NCBI GenBank assembly: GCA_028534125.1
Contig: CM052817.1
Location: forward strand, 99,760,001 to 99,824,000
Source: Lama glama
Taxonomy: Eukaryota
DNA: 64,000 nt
Direction: 5' to 3'
The position numbers and the translations under genes were made by a program. This document shows, piece by piece, positions 23,360 to 36,552 of this stretch. Under the pieces are notes generated by a model. That model ran no database searches. It saw nothing but the letters and a program-made list of their open reading frames with translations, and was not told the DNA's origin. The first letter of the stretch is position 1. Each line of letters opens with the position of its first letter.

Positions 23360-23754
23360 AATGTGATTCTGATGAAGACTAACTACTGGCTTATATGAAG
23401 CACAGGAAACAGAGGACCATGTTAAACAACACCCTGGAGATGACAGCCAAATCCAGAATGTAGAAATTTCTATAGGACAGATTACTCAGTTTGTTCAATT
23501 AATAATGGCAAGAAAAACAAAAAAGGAAGAGGAACTATTATTAAGAGACATAACTAGGTTTGGGTCTTGATTTGGCTAAATCAACAAAGTTGTAAATTAT
23601 AAATATAAAATTATGAGACAATTTAGGAAATTTAACTCTGGATAGGAGGCAAATTAAGGGACTTAAAAAAAGGAATGATAATGGGATTATAATTGAAAAA
23701 GAGTCCTTATTTAAAGATACATACTGAAATTTTTTTCAAATTATATATAATATT

Positions 23755-24190
23755 ATATGTTTTCTATGACTGTTATAACAAATTACCACAGACTGGATGG
23801 ATTAAACAATAAATATTTATTTGCTAGTAGTTCTGGAGGCTAGAGGTCTAAAATCGAGGTGTAGGCAAGGCCATGCTCCCTCAGAGATGCTAGGGGAGAA
23901 TTCTTGCCTCTTCCAGGTTCTGGAAGCTGTCCTTGGCTTGTGGCTGCATCTCTCCACGCCAACTCACAGGCCCTCTCTTGGGATGTCTGTGTCTAATCCC
24001 CCTCTGCCTCTCTCCTATAAGGGTACATGTGATTGTGTTTAGGGCTGACCTGGATAATCCAAGATAAATTCTTCCTTAAGATCTGAAGTTATAGTCACAG
24101 TTTTTTTTTTTTGCTGTAAAAGTAATATTCACAGTTTCTGGGGATTAGGAAGTGATGTATCTTTACAGGCCACTTTTTCTGCTTATCTCA
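23755..24190 (-). mobile_element. MLT1A-D-type MaLR LTR
   Basis: gttataacaaattaccacagactgg...ttctggaggctagaggtctaaaatcgaggtgt...tggataatccaagataa...ggggattagga. Confidence 0.85.
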
Positions 24191-24281
24191 GATATGATAC
24201 GTGAAATTTACTTTAAAACAATCCAGCAGAGGCAGACAGTGGGAATGGGAGATTCTGGGTGGCTATACATCGTTCATTCTT

Positions 24282-24547
24282 TTTTTTTTTTTTTGAGTTA
24301 TAGTCAGTTTACAATGTTGTGTCAGTTTCTGGTGTAGAGCACAAGTTTTCAGTCATATGTGAATATACATATATTCATTTTCACATTCTTTTTCACCCTG
24401 AGCTACCACAGGATCCTGTATATATTTCCCTGTGCCATACAGTATAAACTTGTTTATTTATTCTATATATACCTGTCAGTATCTACAAATTTCAAACTCC
24501 CATTCTGTCCCTTCCCACCCCTCTCCGCCCCTGGCAACCACAAGTTT
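24282..24547 (-). mobile_element. Young L1 3' UTR, 5'-truncated
   Basis: T-tail followed by the L1 3' end; 16-bp TSD tacatcgttcattctt (24266-24281) / tacattgtccattctt (24548-24563). Confidence 0.9.
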
Positions 24548-26639
24548 TACATTGTCCATTCTTGAGCCGAGTCAGGCCTGTTCATGTACTACTCTCTCTA
24601 CTTTGTATGTGTTGAAAACTTCCAGAATAAAAAGGGGAAACAAACAAACAACAAACAAAAAAGATAAACCAGAATGCCTTAGTAATCAGTTCCTCTCAGA
24701 ATCTGGAATATCCCGTATTAACCCTTAGTAAGTATAAACCTCCAATTTTTTCTGTTCGTAAAAATTAGTTATGAGATGTCTACCATTCTGGTTAGTCCAT
24801 CAGGCTTTCACTGCCTTTTCAGACATACTTTGTTCTTCTCAAGAAAAAGAAAAGGATGAATGGCCCTTCATTTGAAATTCAGAACTTGTAAGATGGAAGG
24901 TGACCTGAGGCTTAGATAAGAACCCCCTTTTCCCTTCCTCACGAAAATAGTGGTGAGTGCAGGAGGCGGCCTGGTCGTCTTTGGAAACTCATGGGCCAAG
25001 TAACTTATCACAACATCCTTGTCAAGCAGATGGAATCATGAAGGGGTCAACATTTTTACTGGAGGCCTATCTTTCAGGTCTGTTTAACTGTGATCATAAA
25101 ATGTCCAAGTGAGCTGCAGCTTGGCTCATAGTATCCTCCTTGGAGTAGTTCAGTAGTAATGAATATTTTTTCTGTGAATTACTCTTTTTAATGTTATAAG
25201 GCTTGAGATTTTAATTATGAATTCTAATCTGTTTTATTCTGTTTTTCCTTTAAAGTGAAAAATAATGAGATTTTCATGATTTCTCTTCCTCACCCCTGTG
25301 CTGGGACGATTTCAAGGCATACATTTCAAAATAACCACACAAGGCATTTCTCAAAGAGCTGTTGTGGCTTGTGTATACAAGTATATTTCTTAAAGTACCA
25401 TCATATACCCAGTTCCGGCTTAGGTGTATATGTTACAAAGGGTAATGACTGTCGACACTGTTTTAGGCTATTCAAGTTACGTCATGTGTATTTTAGTTCC
25501 GTAGTGACTTTTCTTAAGGCAGGAAGCAGAAATTCATATGCAGAGTCTCCGATCAAATAATGCCTGGGTTGTGACTTAAGTTGCCCAAAGCAGCATGTTT
25601 AAATGTGAATTTAGCTTTTAGAAGCCAGTTTGTTAACATGCCATGGTTTTGTATTCTTTCCTCAGTGACTTTCATACTGAATTTGTTTCTTTTCAAGTTA
25701 AAAGCTGTATTTTGAAGGGGTGGTATAAACTCTAGTTGTAAAATCTCAAAATTAGGCCATCTTTTTTCCACTCATGGGATTAGAATTTTGTATGTGTTGT
25801 TTGTTGATATATGAGACTACTGAAGCCCGGTTCCCTCCTGTATGTTTGTTCTGAGTGTGGTACCAGTTGGCCTGTATACATCACACACAGGAACATGCGG
25901 CCAATTCACTACAAAATTCGACTTTTGTGGTATATGCGTTCATATAGTTTATAAGGCTGACGGCATTTTGAACTTATTATTATATTGCTATGACATGGAA
26001 ACCCAGGCCTACCAGAAAGATGGTGGGTGTGGACTAGAGGTGGTGTATCATAGCAATGTAGATATAAAAATAACTTTTCCATGTGGATGAAGTCATTGGT
26101 GAAGGAATAGATTTAAATCCTTGCAAGCCTCTTGGGCATTCTAGTTGCTTACTAAATGGTTTATTATAAAACTTGATGGTGATTATTAAATCTCTCAGCC
26201 ATTGCCTCCTTTTAGAGTTGCAAAATCACCTGATTTATGTACTCTGTAATAAAGGAGAAAGGATGTACAGAAATAATTGAGATAATGGTTTACATTTCAC
26301 TTGATATAGTATTATGATAATCTGTTCTGCATTTTTTAGTGTATGTTTTTGTGCACAGAAGAACTATTTACTCAGTAATCGTCTTTAAGATACAGGTTCT
26401 TTTATTACCCAGGTATACTTTAATTTTTCAAGAACACACATCTTTACATAAAATGAGATACTTCTTAAGTTTTGTTTTCCTCTTTGCTACTTTTTCTTCT
26501 TTATCTTAAAGAAGATAAACCATGATGCAGAAATCTGATTGAAAAAGAACTCTAAGGCTTGCATGATTTTTTTTTTGGTTTGCAAATAATTAACAAAAAA
26601 GGAATCATTATGCAAAAACAAAGCATTGTCTTTGAGTGA

Positions 26640-28145
26640 ATAACAAATACAAAATACCATCCAAACCTTTACTGATTTTACATCCTTCATGTCTCTCAAA
26701 TCCGTTCGTTTTCCCTAATCTGTGTTAGCTCCACCCTCTCTTCTAGATCCTTACAGTAGCTTCTTAACTGGTCTTCCTCCTTCTACTCTGTCCACTCTCT
26801 CTAGTGGGTCCTTTGCTCCAGCCTTAGTAATATAAACAATATCGATTTCATGGTGTCATTTTCCTTCTTCTTCCTCCCTTCCATTTGAAAATCCATTTGA
26901 GGCTTCCCATCACTCTTTTTTAAAAAATTTTTTTATTTATTTTTTATTGAAGTACAGTCAGTTATGATGTGTCAATCTCTGGTGTACAACACAATATCCC
27001 AGTCATGCATATGCATGTGTATATTCATTTACATATTTTTTTCCACAGAGGTTGTTACAAGATACTGATCATAGTTCCCTGTGCTATACAGAAGAAACTT
27101 TTTTAAAATCTATTTTTAAATATAGTGGCTAACATTTGTAAATCTCAAACTCCCAAATTTGTCCCTTCCCACCTCCTTTCCATAAGATTGTTTATTAAGT
27201 CTGCAAGTCTGTTTCTGTTTTGTAGATGAATTACTAGTGTCCATTGTTCTTAAGGTAAGTAAAGATCCTTAATATGTGCCAGGCGCTGTGGACTCTAGTC
27301 CACTACCTTGCCAGCCTCACCTCTGACCCTTCTCTCACCGGCTCTCAGTACTTCAGCACCACAGGCTTTCTTTCATCTCTTCATGTGCCCCCATAGTCTT
27401 TAAAAAAGCCACAGAGCCTTTGCACATGCTGTTCACTCTACTTGGAACACCATTCTCCTCCACCCCACCATCTCCGTACCTCTCCCCACATAGTCCCCTT
27501 TGCTTAATTTGTTAACTCCTATTTATCTTCAGCTAAAACCACATTTCCTCAAGGAAGCCTTTTTACACTAGTTGGGTCTCTCTTTTATAGGCTTGTTGAC
27601 ATAACTTTCTAGGCCCAAGATGGAGCTATGCCTGTTCAGGGTGTCATATCAACAAACTGACACTTGGATGATTTTGGTGTCCCTGGTCCGCTTGACCAGA
27701 AGCGTGCTAAGTATACCTAGTCACCAGTCTGCAAACACCAAGTCGGCTCTGGGTCTTCTCACCCCAGACGGGGTTGACTGTGTGGCCCCAGTCAATCATT
27801 AATTTTCTGCTTTTCTCTTCTTTGTTCTTTATTCTTCATCCCGTAAAAGTTTCCTGCCTTCTGTCCCATTTTGCCGAAAGGAGACTGTCCCCTTCATGAA
27901 TTGTTAAAGTTTATTTGTGCCATCTAAATTGTATTATTTAATCATTTTTAATAGGCCTTTGAATCACCATGTATCTTTTTTCCCCCCATTGGACTGACTT
28001 ATTGGCTATAATTTATGTGGTACTGTAAACCGTCTTTATGAGTGCAGGTGGTGGACCTGTTTTCGCTCACCATTATCTCCCCAGACTTAGCACAGTACTT
28101 AGCACGTATTAGGTGTCCCATAAATATTTGCTGAATGAATGAATA
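26640..28145 (+). mobile_element. L2 fragments, interrupted by a young L1 at ~26917-27240
   Basis: agcttcttaactggtcttcct; ggcttcccatcac|...|taaagatcctta; gcctttgcacatgctgttc; terminal ataaatatttgctgaatgaatgaat. Confidence 0.7.
26917..27240 (-). mobile_element. Young L1 3' UTR nested in L2
   Basis: ttattgaagtacagtcagtt...tagttccctgtgctatacag...; degenerate TSD ccatcactctt / ccattgttctt. Confidence 0.85.
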
Positions 28146-28189
28146 ACTTGAGAAAATGGAATCCATATAGCTGTTACCTAATTAAGTGC

Positions 28190-28590
28190 ACACACAGTGC
28201 CAATACCAGAGACATCAGAAAGAGTGAAATGTGCCCTTGCAAGAGGTCATCTTTGGAGGCTGGCTCCTTAATCTGTAGCCACTGTTGTTAGAAAGGGAGT
28301 TTGGAACAGTTTTAAAGAGTGGTCTTTGGAAGTAGTTTATGAGCCACATAAGAAAAGCGCTTGTCTTTTTGATTAAAAATAATATCCAGCTTGATGATTC
28401 CCTTTATTTTCTAAATGTATTTCTGACTCACAGATAGCAAATTCCACTTTCAAAGAACCAAATTTGTCACAGTTGAAAATTTCAAAAGAATGTTAAATAG
28501 GTGATGGCAGCCTTAAAAGAGTTGTTCCTAAAACGTTTTGAGCATTGGCGGGCGTTTTTGTAACGAGCGTGTCAACTTTGAAGGGGCTGC
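28190..28590 (+). mobile_element. Ancient mariner-type DNA transposon remnant (MARNA-like)
   Basis: ttcaaaagaatg...aaaagagttgttcctaaaacgttttgagcattggc...actttgaagggg resembles the recalled MARNA 3' part. Confidence 0.5.
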
Positions 28591-30910
28591 TACTCCCGTG
28601 GACGTGCGCGCTGTGCTGTTTCTGTTCGGATCTTTCACGAAGTCGCTCTTCACGCTTTAAGGATGTCTCAGTTATGCTTCTGGCAACGAGGCAGAGGGAG
28701 GCATTTTACTCTCTTAAGTCATTCACTTCATCTCGGTGCTTTCCATCCTCCATGGGCAAAATGCATCTTGCAAAATTTGTTTTTTTCAACCAGGAAGGAA
28801 TGTACTAGGGAAGTGAATTGACTATTATAAAGTGTTTTAAATTCCTTAGATGTTGAATTCTGTGTTTAGAAAAAGTCCCTGTTAGCGTGAAAGATCACAG
28901 AACTGGGACCACATTATTCCACCGAAAAGTATCAGGGATTCTTGCTACATTCTACTATTCAGGATGATTTATTCGATACTTTTATTGATTTTTTTTTTTT
29001 TTTTTGGCCACTAGCACTTAACCTCTTTTGTGCTAGGTATTGCCCCTTTACCTCCTGATTTTGGAAGAAAGTTGCTTTGTGTACTCCCTCTTTCTAACAC
29101 TTTAAATCAGCATTGACTTTAAGGGGGAGTAACTGAATTTAAAATAACACACATACATCTGCACCTTTAAATCTATGAGAATGCTTTTGGATATACTGAA
29201 CTGGTAACTGCAGCTCTTGAAGATTATCTTCAAGCAGAACATTTGTCACAGATCCATTCAAGTCACCATTAGGACTGTGCTTTTCCTTCGTTCACCTTTG
29301 GGGAAGTGCACACAGCTCAACGTGGTGTGGGTGCTTTTGGAATAGAAGATGGCACTGCAGGCTAACATTCTGGTGGCGAGCCTTAGCTATGCGGCCAGGA
29401 ACAAAAGTTCTATTGACTTTTTGTTCTCAAGTGTTCTTGTTTTCACCTGAGCAACAGAGAATTGGCTTTCATTTGCTTTTTGTTTCGTTTACTACTTGCC
29501 CGTAAAGGCCTACATTTTCATATGCTTTAGTGTTGGCAGTATTTGCTTATACAAATATATGTATATATTTTTTGCAAATATATTTTTGTACTTCCTTCTG
29601 CAAATATTTTCTGTGCCTAGCAATAATACCGAGATTCATGAGAGAACAATCTTTTGAATTTGGTCTTGTAAAGAGTGGTTCTATGCTCATTACCTTCTTT
29701 GGCAGGTTACCACTTTTTGTTAAATAAGGCTCTTAGAAAAAGACCTTTTAATGTTTGTGCAGAAGAGTCATCGTGTTCTCTGTCTGTTTGTGTGAATCTC
29801 AGTGAATCCTGTCTGTGACCGAGGTCCAACCTCATACGTGACCACTGACACTCATCTGTGTGAGTCCTGGCCAGACACTCCCTACTTCCCAACAAAATTG
29901 TCCCCAGAGGGATTTGAATACTGTCAAATGCATTTTGATGTAGATGCACTCACATTAGCATTAAGCCCTTTAGTATTATTGTTATTTATTTATTTATTTT
30001 TTACTAAATCATCCAATCTTAAGCTGGGGTCATGTTATTATGTAATATATTTAATGCGTACAGTTCTTGTATTCATCACTGATCATTGTGCTGTTTCCTG
30101 TGTGGGCAAGAGAATTACTGTTCTGTGTAAGGTGGTGGGATATTGTGTAGCTGGGCCCAGGGAAGTCTTAAGAATGATGGCAGTAATGCGCTCAAGTCAA
30201 CTGCGCCCTCTGGGTGAGCACTGAAGTGCTTGTTGTAAGGTCTTGAAAAGTTAATGGAAAATTAATACCTTGTAAACATAATCCTCTACTGTTCAAAATA
30301 ATGACCCACTCAGGTTCAGGCGGCGTATATTAAAATATTCTAACATGAGTTAGAAACTGGTAAAGAAGGGGTAATAAAGGATTTGGAATGGCTTTTCACT
30401 TAGTTGTGAAGTAAACAGGCTACTGTGCGTGAGAGGTCTTCGCAGTCTTTATGGAGGAGGCAACTGCAATGAGCAGAGGTCACGTGGCGCGCAGAGTCAT
30501 GTGGGTGATGAGTGTGGGAGCTGCACCTGGACCCAGATGGCTCCTGTTCTTCCCTCCTCCACAGTGCTGCCTTTCCCTGGACGGAGGGAGGCGTCACGTG
30601 TCGCAAGAAATGTACGGTTTCCTCTTTTTGATAAGCTGAGACAAACTGAGTTTTAGGAGATAAAAGCTCAAGTCATTTATTAACTTACTGAACCACGAAT
30701 TTGGTTTGATAGAAATTTACCAAGGCCCTCCTATGTGTGAAACAGTACGCTGGGTGCCAGAGTAGGATATCAGGATCTCCAGTCGTCAGAGCTTGTAAAA
30801 TATGTATGAAAATAATTTTCTACAAGCCAGAATTCATTCATTCTGCAGATTTTTTGGCACTGTGGTGTGTCAAGCCTGGGCTAGACCCTGAGGATTGTTC
30901 ATCTGTTTAT

Positions 30911-31052
30911 TGTCTATTTTGGGGGCAGGTAGGGATGTAATTAGGTTTATTTATGTATCTATTTATTTTTAGAGGAGGTACTAGGGATTGAACCCAGGGC
31001 CTCCTGCATGCTAAGCATGTACTTTACCACTTGAACTATACCCTCCCCCTCA
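30911..31052 (-). mobile_element. Vic-1-type camelid SINE, long form
   Basis: Reverse complement of ggggagggtatagttcaagtggtaaagtacatgcttagcatgcaggaggccctgggttcaatccc...; perfect 13-bp TSD ttcatctgtttat at 30898-30910 and 31053-31065. Confidence 0.9.
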
Positions 31053-31065
31053 TTCATCTGTTTAT

Positions 31066-31210
31066 CTTCATCCTAAACTTCTGATCACCACTATGTGCCA
31101 GGCACTGTTCTAGATGCTGGGAGGATAGTTGAGAACAGAGCAAGCAAAGCCTGTGTTTTCAGTGAGCGTGCATTCTAGGGGAAGAGAGACGGACGGTAAA
31201 TACATAAGAA
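31066..31210 (-). mobile_element. L2 3'-end fragment
   Basis: accactatgtgccaggcactgttctagatgctgg...gcattctaggggaagagagac. Confidence 0.65.
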
Positions 31211-31889
31211 AAGACCCATTCTGCAGGGAATTAAGATTGGACTGTGTATGGAGAGATGGCTATGTTAGATTGCAGAGTGATGTAAGATTTGATCCTTGCC
31301 CTAGTGGAGACAGAAATGAGGATGGAAACTTAGAAACATCATAATTTTGGCTATTTATTTGAATTTTTTGTTTTTGCACTTTAGTGCTAATCATCTCTTG
31401 ATCAAACAATACACTGTTGGACTTTCAGCCCTTTACTCTGAGCTCAGTCCCCTATGTTGCTTGAAAAATGGGCTCCTGGGCCATGTTATCTTGACTCCAT
31501 TGTAGAATTCAGTTTTAATTTGGGACAACTTAAGAAAAAACAGTTTTTGACTTTATTTGCTTTTGGAGTACTATTGGGAAAATTTTCCATCACATCTTGT
31601 GATGTGATTATATCTCCTAGAGCAGTTCTTTCACAGTAAATGATAGGAAACAGCTTTGCTTCCCTGGAGAGGTGCAAATGTTTGGTTCTCGTAGGAAACC
31701 GTATACCTAATGATATTTACGTTTTCACCTTGGCTGTTAGGAAGCACAGACTCAAATTCTCTGCTTAACTGTAGTAACTGTGTAGGACTCAAATGGGTCT
31801 CCGTATTTGAGTTCTATTCTAATATCTCTTATGTCAGCCACAGTCTTCATTTTCGTCTCTAATTCATACTTTCCTTGGTCATGATGTTT

Positions 31890-31995
31890 AAAAAAATATG
31901 TAATGGTTCATGAATTGGCATGTCATCCTAGTGCAGGGGCCATGCTAATCTCTGTGTCATTCCAATTTTAGTGTAAAAGCTGCTGAGCTGAGTAC
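31890..31995 (-). pseudogene. RNU6: U6 snRNA retropseudogene (full length, diverged)
   Basis: Minus strand reads gtactcagctcagcagc...ctaaaattggaatgacacagagattagcatggcccctgcactaggatgacatgccaattcatgaaccattacatattttttt, colinear with U6. 18-bp TSD tccttggtcatgatgttt (31872-31889) / tcgttggtcatgattttt (31996-32013). Confidence 0.95.
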
Positions 31996-34900
31996 TCGTT
32001 GGTCATGATTTTTAATTTCCTTCTTTAATATGTGCATTTCTCATAAGCCATCTCAGGTTCTTTGTAGAATTAGATGAGGGCTAAATAAATAATGCCCCTA
32101 CACTGTTCACTGTATGAACAAGATACACTTAGAATGTTATAGATCAGTACATAAATACAAGGACCCATCATATTTTAAATTTATATGTTCTTTGTTCTAT
32201 GTGAACTTTTGTCTTCATTGATAGTTTTTAGGCAATGGTACATATAATCATAGACTGTAAAACTAAATGAAAAATGTTGCAACAGCAAGAGCCAAGTTCA
32301 TGAGTAAATATTTGCACACTGACTGAGTCCACTCTGCCTCTGATGAGTTATTCATTTCCACGTATATGAATCTTTGCAATAAGAATTGGAATTTTTTTGT
32401 TGTTGTTGGTCATTCATAGATTTTAATGGTTGGTCCATTTGGAGACTTGAAGTTGCTATTATTAATGGGCTGGGACTAATCACTGGAACTTGAGCTAACA
32501 TGATCTAGTAATGCTTTTATTTCCAATCAATGTGTGCAAACCCTGCCTCAGAGGACTGTGTAGTGTTCAGTGTTGAGCAATGAGCAGATCACTGGTTAGG
32601 TAAAATGAATTGACCTCTTACGACCAATCATTCTTAGATTCTGTCTAAAAAAAAGATCTTTAAAAGTTAAAAAAAAGTTATAGAAGAAATTTTTGTTTTC
32701 AGTGACCAGATAAAAAACTGGACTCCTTAAAACAGAAATCTTTTCAATTAAAATAGTGAAATAATTAAAGGGATAGCTGTGCTTTTTGAATTTGCCTTAT
32801 GTAGCCTCCAGTAGAAATTTCTTCCCCAGTTTTAAACTTAACAAAGTATCACCCATCCCTCAGACAGCCCTGTCAGTTCTTATAAAGTGAGAAGACTGTG
32901 AACCTATGCTGATATACATTTAAGTGGTACAGAAAAATTTGTAGAGTTAAATGAATATCAGATGTTTTTAGGAACTTTGTTTTAAAAATAGTAATTCTTA
33001 GATAAAAGTCACTTTTGTCTGTTTCAGACTGATGACCTACTTTCTATTTAAATGAAGTGTCAAATGTTGACATCAGAATATCTTTGTGATTCAGTCTGTG
33101 TGAGGATAAATGAATTCAGTTAAATAACACAGTGGCGTTTGCTTATTTGAATCCCATCTCATTCCCCCTCCCCGAGAAATACAGTTATTCTCACAGTGTC
33201 AGTCATGCTCCAGGGTCTTGTCTCTGAATACTGCAGGTGTGGAGTTTGCAGTCACGATTGAGCTGAGGCCTGTTCTTCTGCATCATGTTCATGTTAGATT
33301 TCATGGTTTTCATTAGAGCTTCTCAGCCCTCCTCAAAACTTACCACTGTTTATTGTAAAATAAAAATCCTTAGGATTTTCATTACATTGAACAGAATCTC
33401 CTCTCAGGAACCGTAAGTTGAATTGCTTTTCTGAACAAAAATAGTTGTTCTTTCTCTGAGCCACTGGTTTATTTTTACCCCAGGGACACCGCATCTTATA
33501 ACAGATCATGTTTCTCTCTACAGGACTGTAGAGAGAGGTCATGTTTCTCTCCACACGGCTGCAGCGAAGCTTTGAGTCCCTGTCCTCCTCCTCTCTTCTC
33601 CTCCTCCCCCTTCAATGTCTACAACACCTCAGTTCTGGCTCTCATTCTCCCTTGTGGCTACAGGGATTGGTACACTTATCTAATTCTACTAGCTTTAAAA
33701 GCTATTTGAAGACAAGGATTCTATTTTTGTTTATATTCCTTATGGGGCTGTCACAGTGTCTTGTACCCATTTGGCAGTCGAATAATAGCTGAATTAAGTA
33801 TTATGAGGTCCCTCAAAAATAGCTCCATGTTGGGCTGTTTGCAGTGATGAGGGCTAGGAGAAAGAAACACACAGTGTGCCAGTGGAGGTTTTGAACACGC
33901 TGAGGATCAGAAGGTTGTATGTTTGAAAATCCTGCACCATGAAACAGGATGCTCCTTAGGGTGAGAAAAGAATGTCGAATGTAGGAACCAACCTACGCTA
34001 CTTCCCTCTTTGTGTCTTGTCTGAATACACTGCTGTATCAAAGCTGGGAGCCTGGCGTCTCCTTACTTTGCTCCAGTAAGAAAGGTCAATTCTCTTCTGT
34101 CATAGAAAAAAGGTAAGGAGTTGGTTGGGAGAGGGACAGTTTAATCAGTGAAGGTTTAGAAGTCGCTTTGAGATCTAGGCATACAAGTCATGTAGACACA
34201 CCTACCGTGTAATGCAGATTACATCAGCTCTAAAATAGTTGTGAGCTGTAGCCAATGGTCCATGTGTTCAGCTTTTATTCTGTATGATTAAATTCCAGTA
34301 CAATGAAAGAATGTGGACAGATCTATGGAATGAACTGTAATAGTATGTGACATACAGTCAAAACTCTTTAATGGAAAAGTACACTGAAATAAAAGTGAAC
34401 CAAGTTAACTGAAAGCCAAAGATCATCAAATTGAGATACATAGTAACACTTTATTTTATAATTAAATTTACAAAATCTGTATTTGGTGTGTTGAGAAAGA
34501 GAACCTTTGTTTTATAAAACTTTAAAAATTCACTATATTTTATCTGCTATCACATTACCATATGTTATTAGTAAGAGTTGTAATTCTAATCTTTCATAAA
34601 TCTAATCTACAATTTTAAATATCAGATGCTTATAAAAATACTAACCAGAGAAAGAACTTTTTTTCAGTGTATTTCTCTCTCCCTTTCCCATCTCTGGTGG
34701 GGAAACAAAGCATAAAGTTTGTTCAAGTAAAAAAAAAAAAAACAAAACCCAAAACCCCTACCTTACCCAGAATTTCATTTTTTAAAAACTTTGCTTAGGG
34801 TCTTGAAACAGTGTCTTTGAAGTAGTATGTAGTTGAAAACATACCCTTAAGGACCTTTTATTGAATTAATTAAATACCAGTTATTCAGCATAATACTGAT

Positions 34901-36552
34901 TTTATTATATAGTTTCAAATTTTCTTTACTTCTAAAACATGTTTCCTTCAAATGAAGCTTACAGGGTTACATTTTTGACATACACATATGATCTAATTCA
35001 GCTAGGCCCAAATGAAAACTCTAGATCTAAGTTTCCTAATTAACGATGAAGATTATGCTCTATGAGAGTGTGCATGAGTCACTGAGGGGGTGGTGCGGCA
35101 TAAAAACCACTCACTCTGGAATCTGCATCACAGGCTTGTTGTGAGGATTAAACGAGTTTATTATTCATGACGAGGATTTAGAAGAGAGTCAAGTGCCATG
35201 TTAAGTGTTTGCTATTTTTATTATTGCTATTATATGGCTAAGACATCTTCATCTTTTTTTGTTCAAGTATCCAGCACATAGTAGGTAGCCAGGTAGGGAT
35301 TCAATAAACATTGTTGAATAAATGAATCTTCAATTGCCTAGTGGACATTTCTATTAATTGATCACTTCTGATTCTCTTCTAAACAGCTCCCTTTCATGGT
35401 TTTATTTCTACCAATGAATCCTTTCATGTTACCAAGAGCAAAATCCTAGCGGAGTTGGCAACCATACCTGAGACAGAGCAGATTGAATGATTTTCAGGGA
35501 AATTAAGACAGTCCCTGCCCCCAAGGCTTTAGGTGCAGAAACAGGGACAGAATATTTTCATACAAGGTGGGTGGGCCTGAATCTTCTCAAACAGAACGTT
35601 TTGAGCCAGAATTAGAGGTAACTGCTTAACTGCCCAGGAAATTACCAAAGTCACCAAAAATTATTGCTAAAATTGTAGCTTCTGCTGAGTTAGTATTGCT
35701 GGGTTAGCAAACTTTCTTTCTCATGCTAGTTCCATTGGAAAGTCCTTGTTGCTTCTAAACGGAGTCCCAGCTCTGCAGCCTGGCATCCAGTGTAACCCTC
35801 CAGAAATTTCCAGTTCCGCCCCTCGTCAGATCTCTCCTCAGCTGAGGCCTCTCCCTTCGTGTCTCCTAAAGCATTCCTGTTCCTACTTTAATGTCCCTCT
35901 GTTCACACTGTGCTGTGTTCATTATGCGGTCGGGCTTCCTGCATCCTCATTCATCCAAATCTTCTGTCTTCCTTAATCGACTAGAGAGGCTTTTCCACCC
36001 TTACTTACGTGAAGCCATCTGTGTCATGTTTTAACGGCTGCTAAATGTTGCATTATTCTTAAGTGTTCCATTTCCATATTTACTGCTTTCCCTACTTTAT
36101 GATAACCTTTTTGAGGGGAGGGACTGATGGAATAATGCAATTGGGGGTTAGGGGAGGAATCACACATCACAGCTAAAGCAACAGCTACTAATTGGAAAAA
36201 TTAACAATGTAAGTTTATTTTCTAACCTGTGTAGTTTACAAGGGCTTTAGAAAATTCTAAGATCAAGTCCTTCCTATTTTTTTTTTTTGGCATTAAAATG
36301 TTCTTTTAAAAAAATTAAGTGATGGTGGTAACACCTAGTAATAGTAATGGCATGAAATGAATGATCTTTACATGGAAAAATAAAAATTGGAGTTGAATTG
36401 GTTGTGTATGTCTATATGTAGTTTCACTGGTTTCTGAAATTGCAAAGTCTAGAAAAGACAAGTCTTGCTGACTGCTGATCATGGGAGCATATGTACTCCA
36501 TCCCTTTAACTTCATCTGGTGGCCATTCTATTCCCTGCTCAGTTGCACAGTT

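Larger units (their letters stand above)
22290..24630 (+). mobile_element. L1MC-type 3' UTR, interrupted by three younger insertions (22650-23359, 23755-24190, 24282-24547)
   Basis: gaattacagctaataaatgcagaaggaatg; tgaagtttcttgccaaaaaa|...|tgattctgatgaag...aactactggc...cagaggaccatgttaaac; cagccaaatccagaatgtagaaa; ctactctctctactttgtatgtgttgaaaacttcc. Confidence 0.7.

Noticed and set aside
31890..31995. Functional U6 gene
   Set aside because: Many substitutions, TSD-flanked, and no upstream PSE/TATA promoter.
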